A DNA stretch of 54,023 nucleotides from Betaproteobacteria bacterium (GCA_016199545.1 JACQGN010000114.1:1-54023); one strand, 5' to 3'. Shown: positions 8,259 through 18,232, counted from the first letter of the stretch. The notes: generated by a model from the sequence alone, not told the origin. A program made the numbers and translations.

Positions 8259-8720
8259 ATGACCAGGGAGAAGAAACCGGGCAAACCGCTGCGCGACACC
8301 ATGGCGAACCGGATGCGCCGTGCGCGCAGCGTATTTGCCGCGGGTGCGCCCAGCGCAATGGGGGTGAAGCCGATCAGCCTTACGCCGCAGAAGGTGACCG
8401 CGGCGATGCGCGTGCGGCCGATGCACCTCAATCGCAACGATGTGGTCAACGGCGGAATCATCATGGCTTTCGCGGACGTATTGGGCGCCGCGGGGGCGGT
8501 GCTGAACCGGCCGCTCCAGAGCCGCGGCGGTACGCTCGAATCGAAGACCAACTTCTTTGCGCCGGGGCGCGGGCCGAAGCTCATCGCCGAATCGGTGCCG
8601 CTGCACGTCGGCCGCACGACCTCGGTGTGGCAGACCACCGTCAGGAACGCCGATGGCCGGATGGTGGCGATCGTCACGCAAACGCAGATGTCGCTGCCCC
8701 GCCATTCGGACGGGGCGTGA
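8259..8720 (+). CDS. PaaI-family (hotdog fold) thioesterase
   Basis: ...LNRNDVVNGGIIMAFADVLGAAGA...ESKTNFFAP...HVGRTTSVWQTTV... is the typical PaaI/4HBT pattern. GGGGAA lies upstream of the ATG. Confidence 0.8.
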   Translation: MTREKKPGKPLRDTMANRMRRARSVFAAGAPSAMGVKPISLTPQKVTAAMRVRPMHLNRNDVVNGGIIMAFADVLGAAGAVLNRPLQSRGGTLESKTNFFAPGRGPKLIAESVPLHVGRTTSVWQTTVRNADGRMVAIVTQTQMSLPRHSDGA

Positions 8721-8738
8721 CTCCGTAGTGAGTATTAC

Positions 8739-8762
8739 GAAACCGGGTGACAGGCCGGTTTT
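8739..8762 (+). terminator. Putative rho-independent terminator
   Basis: AAACCGG-loop-CCGGTTTTT lies 19 nt after the thioesterase stop. The stem is short (7 bp). Confidence 0.4.
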
Positions 8763-8770
8763 GCTCGACG

Positions 8771-8808
8771 CTCCCCTCGCCCTCCGGGAGAGGGGTTGGG
8801 GGTGAGGG
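8771..8808. repeat. GC-rich REP-like element (CTCCCCTCGCCCTCCGGGAGAGGGGTTGGGGGTGAGGG)
   Basis: It has a palindromic core (CCCCTC ... GAGGGG) and is intergenic. I recall this sequence type as a dispersed repeat in many proteobacterial genomes. Confidence 0.4.
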
Positions 8809-8851
8809 ATCGAGCGATGTGACGAAGTTATTCAATGCTCGATAATAGGGA

Positions 8852-9895
8852 ATGACGAGGATGAGCGGCAAGCGATTGGCGGTTTTGGGCGCCGGTGCGA
8901 TCGGCAGCAACGTAGGCGCGGACCTCACCCGGGCGGGACACGACGTCACGATCATCGACCAGTGGCCGGCGCAGGTGGAGGCGATGAAGGTGGAGGGGCT
9001 TTGCATCCAGATGCCGGATGAGGAGTTGCGCATTCCCGTGCGGGCCCTGCATCTGTGCGACCTCGCCTCGGCCAACCTGGAGTTCGATATCGTGTTCCTT
9101 GCCGTCAAGTCCAACGATGACCGGTGGTGCGCGGAATTCATCCGGCCCTACCTCAAGGCCGACGGCGTGCTGGTCGGGACGCAGAACGGCATGAACGACG
9201 ACACGCTCGCCTCCATTCTCGGGCGCGATCGCGTTGTGGGCTGCGCGATGGAGCTCTCCGCGGAAATTTTCACGCCCGGGCTGGTGAAGCGCAATACCAC
9301 GCGCAAGACCACATGGTTTGCGGTGGGCGAACTCGACGGTTTCTACACGCCGCGCGTGAAGGAGATCCAGTCGCTGCTCGCCCACGTCGGCCGGTGCGAC
9401 GTGACCAACAACATCTACGGCGTCAAGTGGACCAAGTTGATCGCCAACACCATGACGATGGGGCCGTTCGGGCTGCTCGGCCTGGGAAATTCGGAGGCGG
9501 CGAGCCTGCCCGGGATGTTCGATATCTCGGTGAAGCTCGGCAGGGAGTCGCTCGCCGTTGGCGCCGCGCTGGGTTACCGCGTCGAGCCGATCTTCGGGCT
9601 GCGCGCCGATGAGTTCGCGGGCTCCAGCGACGAGAACCTGGTGACGGCGATGAAGACGCTGCTGGGGCACGTGAGCCGGGGCCGCACCGCGCCGATCCAC
9701 GACCACATCAAGGGCCGCACGAGCGAGATGGAGTTCATCCCCGGCGTGGTTGCCCGCAAAGGCCGTGAGCTTGGGATTCCGACACCGTGCAACGAGGCCG
9801 TGGTCGAGATCGACCGCAAGATCAACCAGGGGCAACTCAAGATGGACCGCTCGAACTTCGAACTGCTTCAGGAGCGAATCCGATCGGCCGGCTGA
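8852..9895 (+). CDS. 2-dehydropantoate 2-reductase family (ketopantoate reductase, ApbA/PanE-like)
   Basis: It has an N-terminal Rossmann motif (LAVLGAGAIGSNVG) and a PanE-like C-terminal domain (...KWTKL..N...). An alternative start at ATG 8861 has better SD spacing. Confidence 0.8.
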   Translation: MTRMSGKRLAVLGAGAIGSNVGADLTRAGHDVTIIDQWPAQVEAMKVEGLCIQMPDEELRIPVRALHLCDLASANLEFDIVFLAVKSNDDRWCAEFIRPYLKADGVLVGTQNGMNDDTLASILGRDRVVGCAMELSAEIFTPGLVKRNTTRKTTWFAVGELDGFYTPRVKEIQSLLAHVGRCDVTNNIYGVKWTKLIANTMTMGPFGLLGLGNSEAASLPGMFDISVKLGRESLAVGAALGYRVEPIFGLRADEFAGSSDENLVTAMKTLLGHVSRGRTAPIHDHIKGRTSEMEFIPGVVARKGRELGIPTPCNEAVVEIDRKINQGQLKMDRSNFELLQERIRSAG

Positions 9896-9930
9896 GGGGC
9901 GCACGCAGCGCGGGCCGGGATCGAACGCCG

Positions 9931-10422
9931 ATGAAGACGCTCCTGATCGTATTCCATTCGATGACCGGTGGCTCGCGGCAGATGGCGGAAGCTGCGTCGC
10001 GCGGCGCATCCGCTGAGCGGGAGGTCGAAGTGCGCCTGCGGCATGCCGCGCAGGCGAAGGCGCAGGATGTGCTGGAAGCCGATGGCTACGTCTTCGTCAC
10101 GCCCGAAAATCTCGCCTCGATGTCGGGGATCATGAAGGACTTCTTCGACCGCACCTATTACGCGGCGCTGGAACGGATTTCCGGCCGCCCGTATGCGACG
10201 CTGGTGTGCGCCGGCAGCGACGGCGCCAACGCCGTGCGCCAGATCGAGCGTATCTGCACGGGTTGGCGGCTCAAAGCGGTGTGCGAACCCATCATCGTGT
10301 GCACGCACGCGCAGACGCCGGAGGCGATACTCGCGCCGAAGACGATCGCCGTCGACGATTTGCGCCGTTGCGAGGAAACCGGCGCCGCCGTCGCCGCCGG
10401 CCTCGCTCTCGGAGTATTCTGA
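9931..10422 (+). CDS. Flavodoxin-like / NAD(P)H-dependent FMN reductase family protein
   Basis: MKTLLIVFHSMTGGSRQMAE...ADGYVFVTPENLASMSG has a flavodoxin-fold pattern. The start is ATG 9931. Confidence 0.7.
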   Translation: MKTLLIVFHSMTGGSRQMAEAASRGASAEREVEVRLRHAAQAKAQDVLEADGYVFVTPENLASMSGIMKDFFDRTYYAALERISGRPYATLVCAGSDGANAVRQIERICTGWRLKAVCEPIIVCTHAQTPEAILAPKTIAVDDLRRCEETGAAVAAGLALGVF

Positions 10423-10453
10423 TTGGGGAATCTTGGTAATAGGGGAGGCCATT

Positions 10454-10882
10454 TTGGATACCGTTACCGCCGATCGCAGCGTCAACTTACGCGCACTGAT
10501 CGATCTGTCTTCCGAGATCGCGCGTCGCGGATACGGCGAACCGGTCGTTGAACTGGCCCTGTATCGCAAAGGCGTGCCGCGGGAAATCGCCCGGCTCGTG
10601 GCGGCTTCCGCGATCGGGTGCCGGCGCGCGATCCTGGCCGCACAGGAATCCGGCGAGGCGGCGCGACCTCCAGTCAATGCGGCTCGCCCCATCAGCCAGG
10701 CAGATCTGCGCGCCGCGCGGGCCGCAAACAGGGCCTTATGGAAGATTGCGAATTTTCTCGTGCTGGTCGTGGCCGGATTCGGCCTGGGGGCGCTCGCCGG
10801 ATGGAGCATCGGCTTCGGCCACGGAGTCGAAGACGGTTTCGATTGGATCGTCCGGGTGATCGAGCGGCTGATTGCCGGCTGA
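10454..10882 (+). CDS. Hypothetical protein with C-terminal TM segment
   Basis: The ORF tail contains FLVLVVAGFGLGALAGWSIGF. A candidate TTG start at 10454 is preceded by GGGGAGG. No family recognised. Confidence 0.35.
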   Translation: MDTVTADRSVNLRALIDLSSEIARRGYGEPVVELALYRKGVPREIARLVAASAIGCRRAILAAQESGEAARPPVNAARPISQADLRAARAANRALWKIANFLVLVVAGFGLGALAGWSIGFGHGVEDGFDWIVRVIERLIAG

Positions 10883-10901
10883 CGGTGGCCGTGTCCGGGT
10901 A

Positions 10902-12086
10902 TCAGTTTGCGAACATCGCGTTTGCGGCCTTGAGAAAGAGCGTGCGATTGACCCCGTCCGAATGCAGGAACGCCGCGGCGTCGCGCACCAGCTTTTCCAC
11001 GCCCAGTTCCTTCATGTAGCCGTGACCACCGTGGATTTCGAGGCACCAGGCCGCGATCTGCCATGCGGCCTGTGACGCCATCGCCTTGGGCAGGATCGCG
11101 AGCGTCTTGTCCCAACCCACGTCCGGGTGATCAGCAAGCCACGCCGCGCGGTGGATGTAGGCGCGCGAGGCGTCGATCAGCATGCGCATCTCCGCAAGCT
11201 GCGCGCGGATGCCGTCATGTTCGGCAAGCCTCTTGCCGCCCTGCACGCGAAGGTGCGCCCGCTCGATGGCCTTGCGCTGCAAAGCGACCGCAACGCCGAG
11301 CACCGACGCGCCGGCGTAGGCGTTCGACTGCGGCGAGAACTGCGCGAAGATATTCGAAGCCCTGTCCACCTCTCCGACCACATTTTGGTCGGGGATGAAG
11401 CAGTCCTGGAACACCAGCTCGGCGTTGTTGGCGAGGCGCTCGCCCATCTTGTCGTGCACGCGGCCGATGGTGAAGCCGGGGCGGTCCCGCTCCACCAGGA
11501 AACACGAGGAGCCGTTGGCCATCGTCCTGGTCCTGTCGGTCTGCACCATCACCAGGTAGTGGCTCGCCCGGTTGCCGTTGGAGATGAAGTGCTTGGCGCC
11601 GTTCACGATCCAGCCGCCGCGGGTACGGTCGGCAGCGGTTCTGAACGGCACCGGGATGTTGAGGTGCTTGTCGGAGCCGTTGCCCGGTTCCGACATGCCG
11701 ATCGCGAGCAGCCCCCGCGGATCGCGCGCGAACCCCGGCAGGACGCGCGCCTGCTGCTCCTGATTGAAGGCCTTCTGCATGACCTGGGCGATCTTGAAGG
11801 TCTGGGCGAGCACCACGGATACGCCCATATCGGCGGTGGCGAGTTCCTCCACGACCATGGCGGTGGTCAGGGAGTCCGCGCCAAGTCCACCCCACTTTTC
11901 GGCGAGGGTCATGGTGCGTAGCCCTAATTGGTGCGCTCTCTCCACGATTTCCCAGGAGAAGCACTGCGCCGGATCCGGGTTCGCATCGAGTGCGGCCGCG
12001 CGGGGTTTGACCTCGTCCTCGTTGAAGCGCGCCACTGTTTTCAGGATGGCGCGCTGGTCCTCATTGACGGTGAAGATCTGTTCCAC
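10902..12086 (-). CDS. Acyl-CoA dehydrogenase
   Basis: Full-length ACAD pattern: ...GMSEPGNGSD..., ...GWIVNGAKHFISNG..., ...IHGGHGYMKE... Confidence 0.9.
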   Translation of the reverse strand: MEQIFTVNEDQRAILKTVARFNEDEVKPRAAALDANPDPAQCFSWEIVERAHQLGLRTMTLAEKWGGLGADSLTTAMVVEELATADMGVSVVLAQTFKIAQVMQKAFNQEQQARVLPGFARDPRGLLAIGMSEPGNGSDKHLNIPVPFRTAADRTRGGWIVNGAKHFISNGNRASHYLVMVQTDRTRTMANGSSCFLVERDRPGFTIGRVHDKMGERLANNAELVFQDCFIPDQNVVGEVDRASNIFAQFSPQSNAYAGASVLGVAVALQRKAIERAHLRVQGGKRLAEHDGIRAQLAEMRMLIDASRAYIHRAAWLADHPDVGWDKTLAILPKAMASQAAWQIAAWCLEIHGGHGYMKELGVEKLVRDAAAFLHSDGVNRTLFLKAANAMFAN

Positions 12087-12123
12087 AAAAACGGCTCCCG
12101 GATGCGTTGCAGATCGCCATCCA

Positions 12124-12168
12124 AGGAGTTTGTCGAAGTTAGCCTCGACAAACTCCTAATGCAAGACC
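12124..12168 (+). repeat. Hairpin + TAATGCAAGACC element, copy A
   Basis: AGGAGTTTGTCGA-(8 nt)-TCGACAAACTCCT is followed by AATGCAAGACC. It is related to the reverse complement of 19748-19792, with compensatory stem changes. Confidence 0.7.
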
Positions 12169-12399
12169 GGCAACATAAAAATTACGTGGATGGATGACAG
12201 TTGTGAGAATTTACCATCCTTTTCTTCACATGCGACTGCTTCGGCTGCATTTTCTTCCGAGCGGTTGGCCGGTCTCGCTGTTAGCAGCCTGTGCGGGCTG
12301 TCAAGACCGACAGGCTGCTGGCGCAGGCGGTATGATCGTGTCTGCGCCCGCGGTTCAAGTCATGCGGCGCGAGGCGAGTCACGACAACAGGCAAGGGCT

Positions 12400-13806
12400 A
12401 TGACTACGCAACAGCAGGCCGATCTCATCGTGCGCAATATCGACTGGCTGATCAGCGTCGATCCGACGCGGCGCGTGATCCGCGACGCCGCGCTTGCCGT
12501 GAAGGACGGCCGGTTCGTCGCGGTCGGCAAGAGCGCCACGATCGCGCGGGAGTGGCGCGCCGGGAGCATCGCGGAGGGCAGGGGGATGGTGGCCACGCCC
12601 GGCTTCGTCGACAATCACCTGCACTCGTCGTTCCAGATGTCGCGCGGTCTCGCCGACGAATCGAACGCGCAGGCGTTTCTGTTCGAGCACATGTATCCGT
12701 ACGAGGCGGCGGGAACGGAAGAGGACGACTACGTCAGCGCCTCGCTCGCCGCGGTGGAACTGCTGCGCCACGGCGTCACCTGCTTCATAGAGCCCGGCAA
12801 CTACCATCCGGACGCGACGGTGCGGGCGGTGATGGCGACGGGCCTGCGCATGGTGGTGGCGGTGAGTTGCTTCGACAGGAACAAATCCGTCACCGGGCTT
12901 CTGCCCGCGCGCATGATGGAGACTACCGCGCGCTGCCTTGCCAAGACCGAGGAGCTGTTTTCCACCTATCCCGGCAGGCATCGCGAGCGCCTCATGGTGA
13001 GCGCGTCGTTTCGGGGCATGAACAACAGTTCCGACGAACTGATCCTGGGCCTGAAGAGCATTGCCGAGCGTTACGGTGCGCTTCTCCAGACCCATGCCTG
13101 CTATTCGTATTTCACGCGCGATGCGAGCGTCGTGCAGTTCGGCCAGCCCGAGATCGCGCGGCTGGAGGCGCTCGGGGTGCTGGACGAGAAGATGCTGCTG
13201 CTGCACGCCGGGTGGCTGGAGCCGGAGGAGATCGCGCTGCTCGCGCGGCGCAAACCGACGCTGGTGTGCTGTCCCTCGTCGTCGATCCATAACGGCTACG
13301 GCAACATAACCGTCGGCAGACATCCGGAGCTGATGGCGCTCGGCGTCAACGTGAGCCTGGGCTCCGACCACGCGTCGTCGGGAACCGTCGACATGGTGCA
13401 GGAGATGCGCTATTGCGCCTGCGGCTACAAGGAGGCGCGGCTGAACCCGCGCCTCATGCCGCCCGAGCACGCGGTGGAGATGGCCACCATCAATGGCGCG
13501 CGCGGCGCGGGGCTGGCCGATCGCATCGGTTCGATCGAGGCGGGGAAGGAAGCCGATTTCGTGCTGTTCGATGCGACGGTCTCCGAGTGGCAGCCGTTGT
13601 ACAACCCGGTGTCGAACCTGGTCTACAGCGCGACCGGGAACACCGTCCGGCATGTCTTCATAGCCGGCGAGCAGGTGGTGCGCGACGGCCGCCTCACGCG
13701 GGTCGATCAGGATGCGCTCCTGCGGGAGGTCGAAGCGTCCGCCGCGCGCATCACGGCGCGCCTCGACATGAAGAAGATGCTCAAGCTCCGCTGGCCCGTG
13801 GAGTGA
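12400..13806 (+). CDS. Amidohydrolase-family protein (chlorohydrolase / aminohydrolase type)
   Basis: It has the metal-binding HxH motif (PGFVDNHLHSS) and later GSDHASSG and ...GSIEAGKEADFVLFD. The start is ATG 12400. Confidence 0.85.
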   Translation: MTTQQQADLIVRNIDWLISVDPTRRVIRDAALAVKDGRFVAVGKSATIAREWRAGSIAEGRGMVATPGFVDNHLHSSFQMSRGLADESNAQAFLFEHMYPYEAAGTEEDDYVSASLAAVELLRHGVTCFIEPGNYHPDATVRAVMATGLRMVVAVSCFDRNKSVTGLLPARMMETTARCLAKTEELFSTYPGRHRERLMVSASFRGMNNSSDELILGLKSIAERYGALLQTHACYSYFTRDASVVQFGQPEIARLEALGVLDEKMLLLHAGWLEPEEIALLARRKPTLVCCPSSSIHNGYGNITVGRHPELMALGVNVSLGSDHASSGTVDMVQEMRYCACGYKEARLNPRLMPPEHAVEMATINGARGAGLADRIGSIEAGKEADFVLFDATVSEWQPLYNPVSNLVYSATGNTVRHVFIAGEQVVRDGRLTRVDQDALLREVEASAARITARLDMKKMLKLRWPVE

Positions 13807-13918
13807 GCTGGTTCCCGTTTCTGTCCCCGCGTCCGGTGCCGGGGCGCGGATTCTGTCCTGTCGCACGTTATAATCGAAACGCGCCGCGAAGGCGCGCGGA
13901 ATCGGCGCACGCAAGGCA

Positions 13919-15115
13919 ATGGAAAGACAACATCGTAATGTGCTGGTTCTCTCGGGGTGCCAGGCGACCCTGCAGACCACCGGCGCGACCATGACCGCGG
14001 TCACCGGGCTCGCCGGGTTTGCGCTCGCAGACGACAAATCCTTTGCCACGGTACCGCTTACCTTTTATGTGCTGGGTTCCGCGGCGACGACGATACCGGC
14101 ATCGCTCCTGATGAAGTCGCTGGGGCGCCGCGGCGGATTCCAGGTCGGCACCGCGATCGGCATGGGCGGCGCGGCGGTGTGCAGTGCGGCGATGGTGGCC
14201 GCGAATTTCTGGCTGTTGTGCGCCGGGATGTTCGTGATGGGCGTGTATACCGCGTTCGGCAAGTACTACCGTTTCGCCGCGGCCGACGGCGTGACCGGCG
14301 GGTTCCGGGCCAAGGCGATATCGCTCACCCTTGCGGGCGGCATCGTGGGCGGCGTCTTCGGGCCGGAAATGGCCAAACGCAGCAAGGACCTGATCGAGGC
14401 CACGCCCTATCTGGGGTCGTACCTGTCGCTGATCGCGGTCTGCCTGGTGGCAACGCTGCTCCTCACGCGCCTCGACATTCCGCAACTCAGCGAGAGCGAA
14501 CGCAGCGATTCCGGGCGGCCGCTTGCCGAGATCATGCGCCAACCGGTATTCATCGTGGCGGTGCTGGCGGCGATGCTGTCCTATGGCATCATGAATCTCA
14601 TGATGACCTCGACGCCGCTGGCGATGCGCGCCCACGACCACCACTTCAACGACGCGGCGTTCGTGCTGGAGTGGCACATGATCGGGATGTACGGGCCGTC
14701 GTTTTTCACCGGAACGCTGATTAACCGCTTCGGCGTGCTGAACACCATCCTCGCGGGCATCGTATTGCTGTTGCTGTGCATCGTTGCCGCGCTGGCCGGC
14801 ACCGAGCTGCTCAATTTCTGGTTGGCGCTGTTCCTGCTCGGCGTGGGCTGGAACTTCATGTACGTGGGAGGCTCCGCGCTGCTCACCGAATGCCATGCGC
14901 CGGCCGAGCGCGCCAAGACCCAGGCGGCGAACGACTTCATGGTGTTCGTGATGATGGCGATTTCTTCCGCCTCATCGGGGTTGCTGCTCAACAAGAGCGG
15001 GTGGAGCGCGGTCAATTACGGATCGGTCCCGTTCCTGGTGCTTGCGGCGGGCGCGACCCTGTGGCTCGTGTGGAAGCGGCGGAGGCGCCGCAGTTCGAGC
15101 GGGAGCGGGCGGTAG
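13919..15115 (+). CDS. MFS transporter
   Basis: About 12 TM segments with an MFS loop motif (SLGRRGGF). Confidence 0.85.
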   Translation: MERQHRNVLVLSGCQATLQTTGATMTAVTGLAGFALADDKSFATVPLTFYVLGSAATTIPASLLMKSLGRRGGFQVGTAIGMGGAAVCSAAMVAANFWLLCAGMFVMGVYTAFGKYYRFAAADGVTGGFRAKAISLTLAGGIVGGVFGPEMAKRSKDLIEATPYLGSYLSLIAVCLVATLLLTRLDIPQLSESERSDSGRPLAEIMRQPVFIVAVLAAMLSYGIMNLMMTSTPLAMRAHDHHFNDAAFVLEWHMIGMYGPSFFTGTLINRFGVLNTILAGIVLLLLCIVAALAGTELLNFWLALFLLGVGWNFMYVGGSALLTECHAPAERAKTQAANDFMVFVMMAISSASSGLLLNKSGWSAVNYGSVPFLVLAAGATLWLVWKRRRRRSSSGSGR

Positions 15116-15127
15116 TACCTGCTAAAA

Positions 15128-16228
15128 TTGCGGGATTGGATCGCGGGTACACGAATGCAAAACGACACCAGGCCGTTGCTCAACCTCGACGCGTCGGTGA
15201 ATCCCGAGAACTACCGGATGTTCCGGGTCATCAACCACGTCGCGCGCCTCGGTTTCGTGGTGCACACGATTTTTGTGCCGTTGTTCGTGGTGCTGCAGGT
15301 GTACCCGCTCGCGGCATTCAATGTTCTCAGCAGCCTGGCGTCGTTCGCCGGCTACCGGATCAACCAGAAGGGCAATCATTCCCTCGCGGTGACCCTGCTC
15401 AGCTGCGAGGTCGTCCTGCACACCGCGCTTGCCGTGTACCTGGTCGGCTGGAGCGCCGGATTCCAGAATTACCTGATGGCGGCGATCCCGTTCGCGGTCT
15501 TCAACCATCAATGGCGCACGCGCACCATGATCGCCGTCACGGGAGGTGTTCTGGTGCTCTACTGCCTGCTGTATGCAGTGGCGGCACGGCTGCAGCCGGT
15601 GCCGATCGAGGCGTGGATCGTGGAGGGCATCTCGTACCTCAACGCGATCGTCGTTTTCGTTGCGCTCGGTGTCACGAGCTATTTTTTCCGCGAAGCCTCC
15701 CAGGAGACCGAACGGCACGTGGAAGACCTCGCCAATACCGATCCGCTCACCCAGATTCCGAACCGCCGCCGCTTGTGGGAACTGCTGGAACTGGAGCGGC
15801 TGCGCTCGGAAAGGAGCGGGCGATCATTTGTCATCGCGCTCGCGGATATCGATCACTTCAAGAGGTTCAACGACAGCTACGGGCATCACTGCGGCGACGC
15901 CGTGCTGAGTCATGTGGCGACGGTAATGCGTGCCTCGGTGCGGCGCACCGACACGGTCGGCCGCTGGGGCGGCGAGGAATTCCTGTTTATCCTGCCGGAG
16001 ACGCCACTGAGAGGCGCCATGGAGGTGCTGGAGAAGGTGCGCCGTTGCGTCGAAGAGGTCCCCTGCCGCTTCGGTGACCAGACCTACCACGTGACCGTGA
16101 CTTTTGGCGCCGCCAATTTCGGCCGCAAGCAGACGCTGGAGCGCTGTATCCGGGAGGCGGACGATGCGCTTTACCAGGGCAAGGAGCAGGGGCGCAACCG
16201 GGTGATGTCGGGGCCGCTCCTTTCCTAG
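15128..16228 (+). CDS. Membrane-anchored diguanylate cyclase (GGDEF domain)
   Basis: The N-terminal multi-TM region is followed by DPLTQIPNRR...DIDHFKRFNDSYGHHCGD...RRTDTVGRWGGEEF (intact GGEEF plus an RxxD I-site). An alternative start is ATG 15155. Confidence 0.85.
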   Translation: MRDWIAGTRMQNDTRPLLNLDASVNPENYRMFRVINHVARLGFVVHTIFVPLFVVLQVYPLAAFNVLSSLASFAGYRINQKGNHSLAVTLLSCEVVLHTALAVYLVGWSAGFQNYLMAAIPFAVFNHQWRTRTMIAVTGGVLVLYCLLYAVAARLQPVPIEAWIVEGISYLNAIVVFVALGVTSYFFREASQETERHVEDLANTDPLTQIPNRRRLWELLELERLRSERSGRSFVIALADIDHFKRFNDSYGHHCGDAVLSHVATVMRASVRRTDTVGRWGGEEFLFILPETPLRGAMEVLEKVRRCVEEVPCRFGDQTYHVTVTFGAANFGRKQTLERCIREADDALYQGKEQGRNRVMSGPLLS

Positions 16229-16306
16229 CGCGCGGGTCAAGCGACGCCGGGGCGCGCGTTCCCCGACTCGCCCGCGTTCCGCGGTACTCCTGTTAACATC
16301 GCGGTC

Positions 16307-18232
16307 GTGGCCGTTCTCGATGAATTCTTCTCGGCGCACGGCGCGCTGGCGCGTGTCGTTCACGGGTTCCGCGCGCGCCCGTTTCAGCTCGAGATGGCCC
16401 GCGCGGTGGCGCAGGCGATCGAAAGCAACTCGGTTCTCGTCGCGGAGGCGGGGACCGGAACCGGGAAGACCTTCGCTTATCTCGTGCCGGCCCTGGTGTC
16501 GGGTGGCAAGGTCGTCATTTCGACCGGCACCAAGACCCTGCAGGACCAGCTCTACGACCGCGATATCCCGACGCTGCGCACGGCGCTCAAGGTGCCGGTC
16601 AGCATCGCGCTGCTCAAGGGGCGCGCCAACTATGTGTGCCATCATCATCTCGAACGCGTGCTGGCGGACGGACGGCTGCCGGCGCGCGAGGATGCGCGTC
16701 ATCTTGCGGTGATCGAGCGCTTTGCGCGGACGAGCCAGAACGGCGACCGGGCCGACTGCGCGACCGTGCCCGAGGGTGCCGCGGTATGGTCGTACGTGAC
16801 CTCCACGCGCGAAAATTGCCTCGGCTCCCAATGCCGGCACTACGACCGCTGCTTCGTGATGCGCGCCCGCGCGCAGGCCCTCGAGGCCGACGTGGTGGTG
16901 GTCAACCATCATCTGTTTTTCGCGGACCTGGTGCTGCGCGACGAAGGCGTGGGAGAGCTGCTGCCCGCCTGCAATACGGTGATATTCGACGAGGCGCACC
17001 AGTTGCCGGAGACGGCGAGCCTGTTCTTCGGCGACAGCGTTTCCACCACCCAGTTGATCGAGCTCGCTCGAGATATCCGGCTGGAAGCGGCGGTTGCCGC
17101 GAAGGACTATGCGCCGTTGCCGGCGGCGGCGCAGGCGCTCGACAAGGCCGCACGCGATCTGCGGCTCGCCGTGCGTGAAGAGAGCGGGCGGCTGCCGCTG
17201 CGCGTGCTGGAGCGCAACGGCGTGTTTTCCGCCGCCCTCGGAACGGCGCTCGCGCGGCTCGACGATCTCGGCGCGGAGCTGCAGGAGCAGGGCAAGCGCA
17301 GCGAGGAACTGGAACGCTGCCGCCAGCGCGCGCTCACGCTCGCTGAATGCACCGAGCGCTGGCGCAGCGGCGCCGACGGCAGCCGCGTGCGGTGGGTGGA
17401 GCTGTTCGGCCACGCGCTGCATCTCAATTCGACCCCGCTGTCCATCGCAGGAACATTCCGCGCCCAGATCGAGGAGCACGCGCGGGCGTGGATTTTCACC
17501 TCGGCGACGCTGTCGGTGGGCGGCGATTTCAGCCATTACTGCGGCGAACTGGGACTGCAGGACGCGCAGAGCGTGAGCTGGGACAGTCCGTTCGACTATG
17601 AGCGGCAGGCGCTGCTCTACGTGCCTGAGAAGCTGCCTGATCCGAACACGCCCGAGCACACGCCGGCCGTGATCGAGGCCGCGCTGCCGTTGATAGAGGC
17701 GAGCGGCGGACGGACGTTCGTGCTGTTCACCAGCCTGCGCGCGATGCGCGAGGGGCACGCGCTGCTCGAGGCCGCATTCACGCGGCGCAGATGGGATTTC
17801 CCGCTGCTCGCGCAAGGGATGGGATCGCGTTCGGAGCTGCTGGAGCGCTTTCGCAGGCTCGGCAATGCGGTGCTGGCGGGCAGCCATTCGTTCTGGGAAG
17901 GCGTGGACGTGCGCGGCGAGGCCCTGTCAGTGGTGGTGATCGACAAGCTCCCGTTTGCCGCGCCCGACGACCCTGTGCTCGCCGCGCGTATCGACAAGAT
18001 GAACCAGGAGGGGCGCAACGCGTTTCTCGAATACCAGTTGCCCGAGGCGGTGATCACGTTGAAGCAGGGGGCCGGGCGGCTGATCCGGGACGAGAACGAT
18101 CGCGGCGTGCTGATGATCTGCGATCCGCGGCTGGTGACCCGCTCCTATGGCAAGCGCATCCTCGCGAGCCTGCCGCCGATGCGCCGCACGCGGAATGCGG
18201 CTGAAGTGGTGCGCTTCCTTGCTGGCGCCTGA
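16307..18232 (+). CDS. yoaA: ATP-dependent DNA helicase, DinG family (YoaA-like)
   Basis: It has Walker A (AGTGTGKTFAYL), DEAH (VIFDEAHQL) and a Cys cluster (C...C..C..C around NCLGSQCRHYDRCF). The GTG start and 641-aa length fit YoaA. Confidence 0.85.
   Translation: MAVLDEFFSAHGALARVVHGFRARPFQLEMARAVAQAIESNSVLVAEAGTGTGKTFAYLVPALVSGGKVVISTGTKTLQDQLYDRDIPTLRTALKVPVSIALLKGRANYVCHHHLERVLADGRLPAREDARHLAVIERFARTSQNGDRADCATVPEGAAVWSYVTSTRENCLGSQCRHYDRCFVMRARAQALEADVVVVNHHLFFADLVLRDEGVGELLPACNTVIFDEAHQLPETASLFFGDSVSTTQLIELARDIRLEAAVAAKDYAPLPAAAQALDKAARDLRLAVREESGRLPLRVLERNGVFSAALGTALARLDDLGAELQEQGKRSEELERCRQRALTLAECTERWRSGADGSRVRWVELFGHALHLNSTPLSIAGTFRAQIEEHARAWIFTSATLSVGGDFSHYCGELGLQDAQSVSWDSPFDYERQALLYVPEKLPDPNTPEHTPAVIEAALPLIEASGGRTFVLFTSLRAMREGHALLEAAFTRRRWDFPLLAQGMGSRSELLERFRRLGNAVLAGSHSFWEGVDVRGEALSVVVIDKLPFAAPDDPVLAARIDKMNQEGRNAFLEYQLPEAVITLKQGAGRLIRDENDRGVLMICDPRLVTRSYGKRILASLPPMRRTRNAAEVVRFLAGA

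Noticed and set aside
8081-8677. Long form (311 aa) of the ORF containing the second Lin0512 paralog
   Set aside because: The upstream 199 codons are R/P/S-rich, overlap the divergently transcribed thioesterase gene, and precede a strong AGGAGG-ATG at 8080.
8828-10009. 393-aa minus-strand ORF opposite the ketopantoate-reductase-like gene
   Set aside because: It is an antisense artefact. The plus-strand frame has the Rossmann GAGAIG motif.
12379-14049. 556-aa minus-strand ORF opposite the amidohydrolase gene
   Set aside because: This is the same high-GC antisense artefact. The plus-strand frame has the HxH metal-binding motif and a coherent amidohydrolase pattern.
15824-17887. 687-aa ORF on the minus strand opposite the DinG/YoaA helicase gene
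   Set aside because: It has the Arg/Ala/Gly/Pro-rich composition typical of antisense frames in high-GC DNA and no recognisable domain. The plus-strand frame carries clear helicase motifs.
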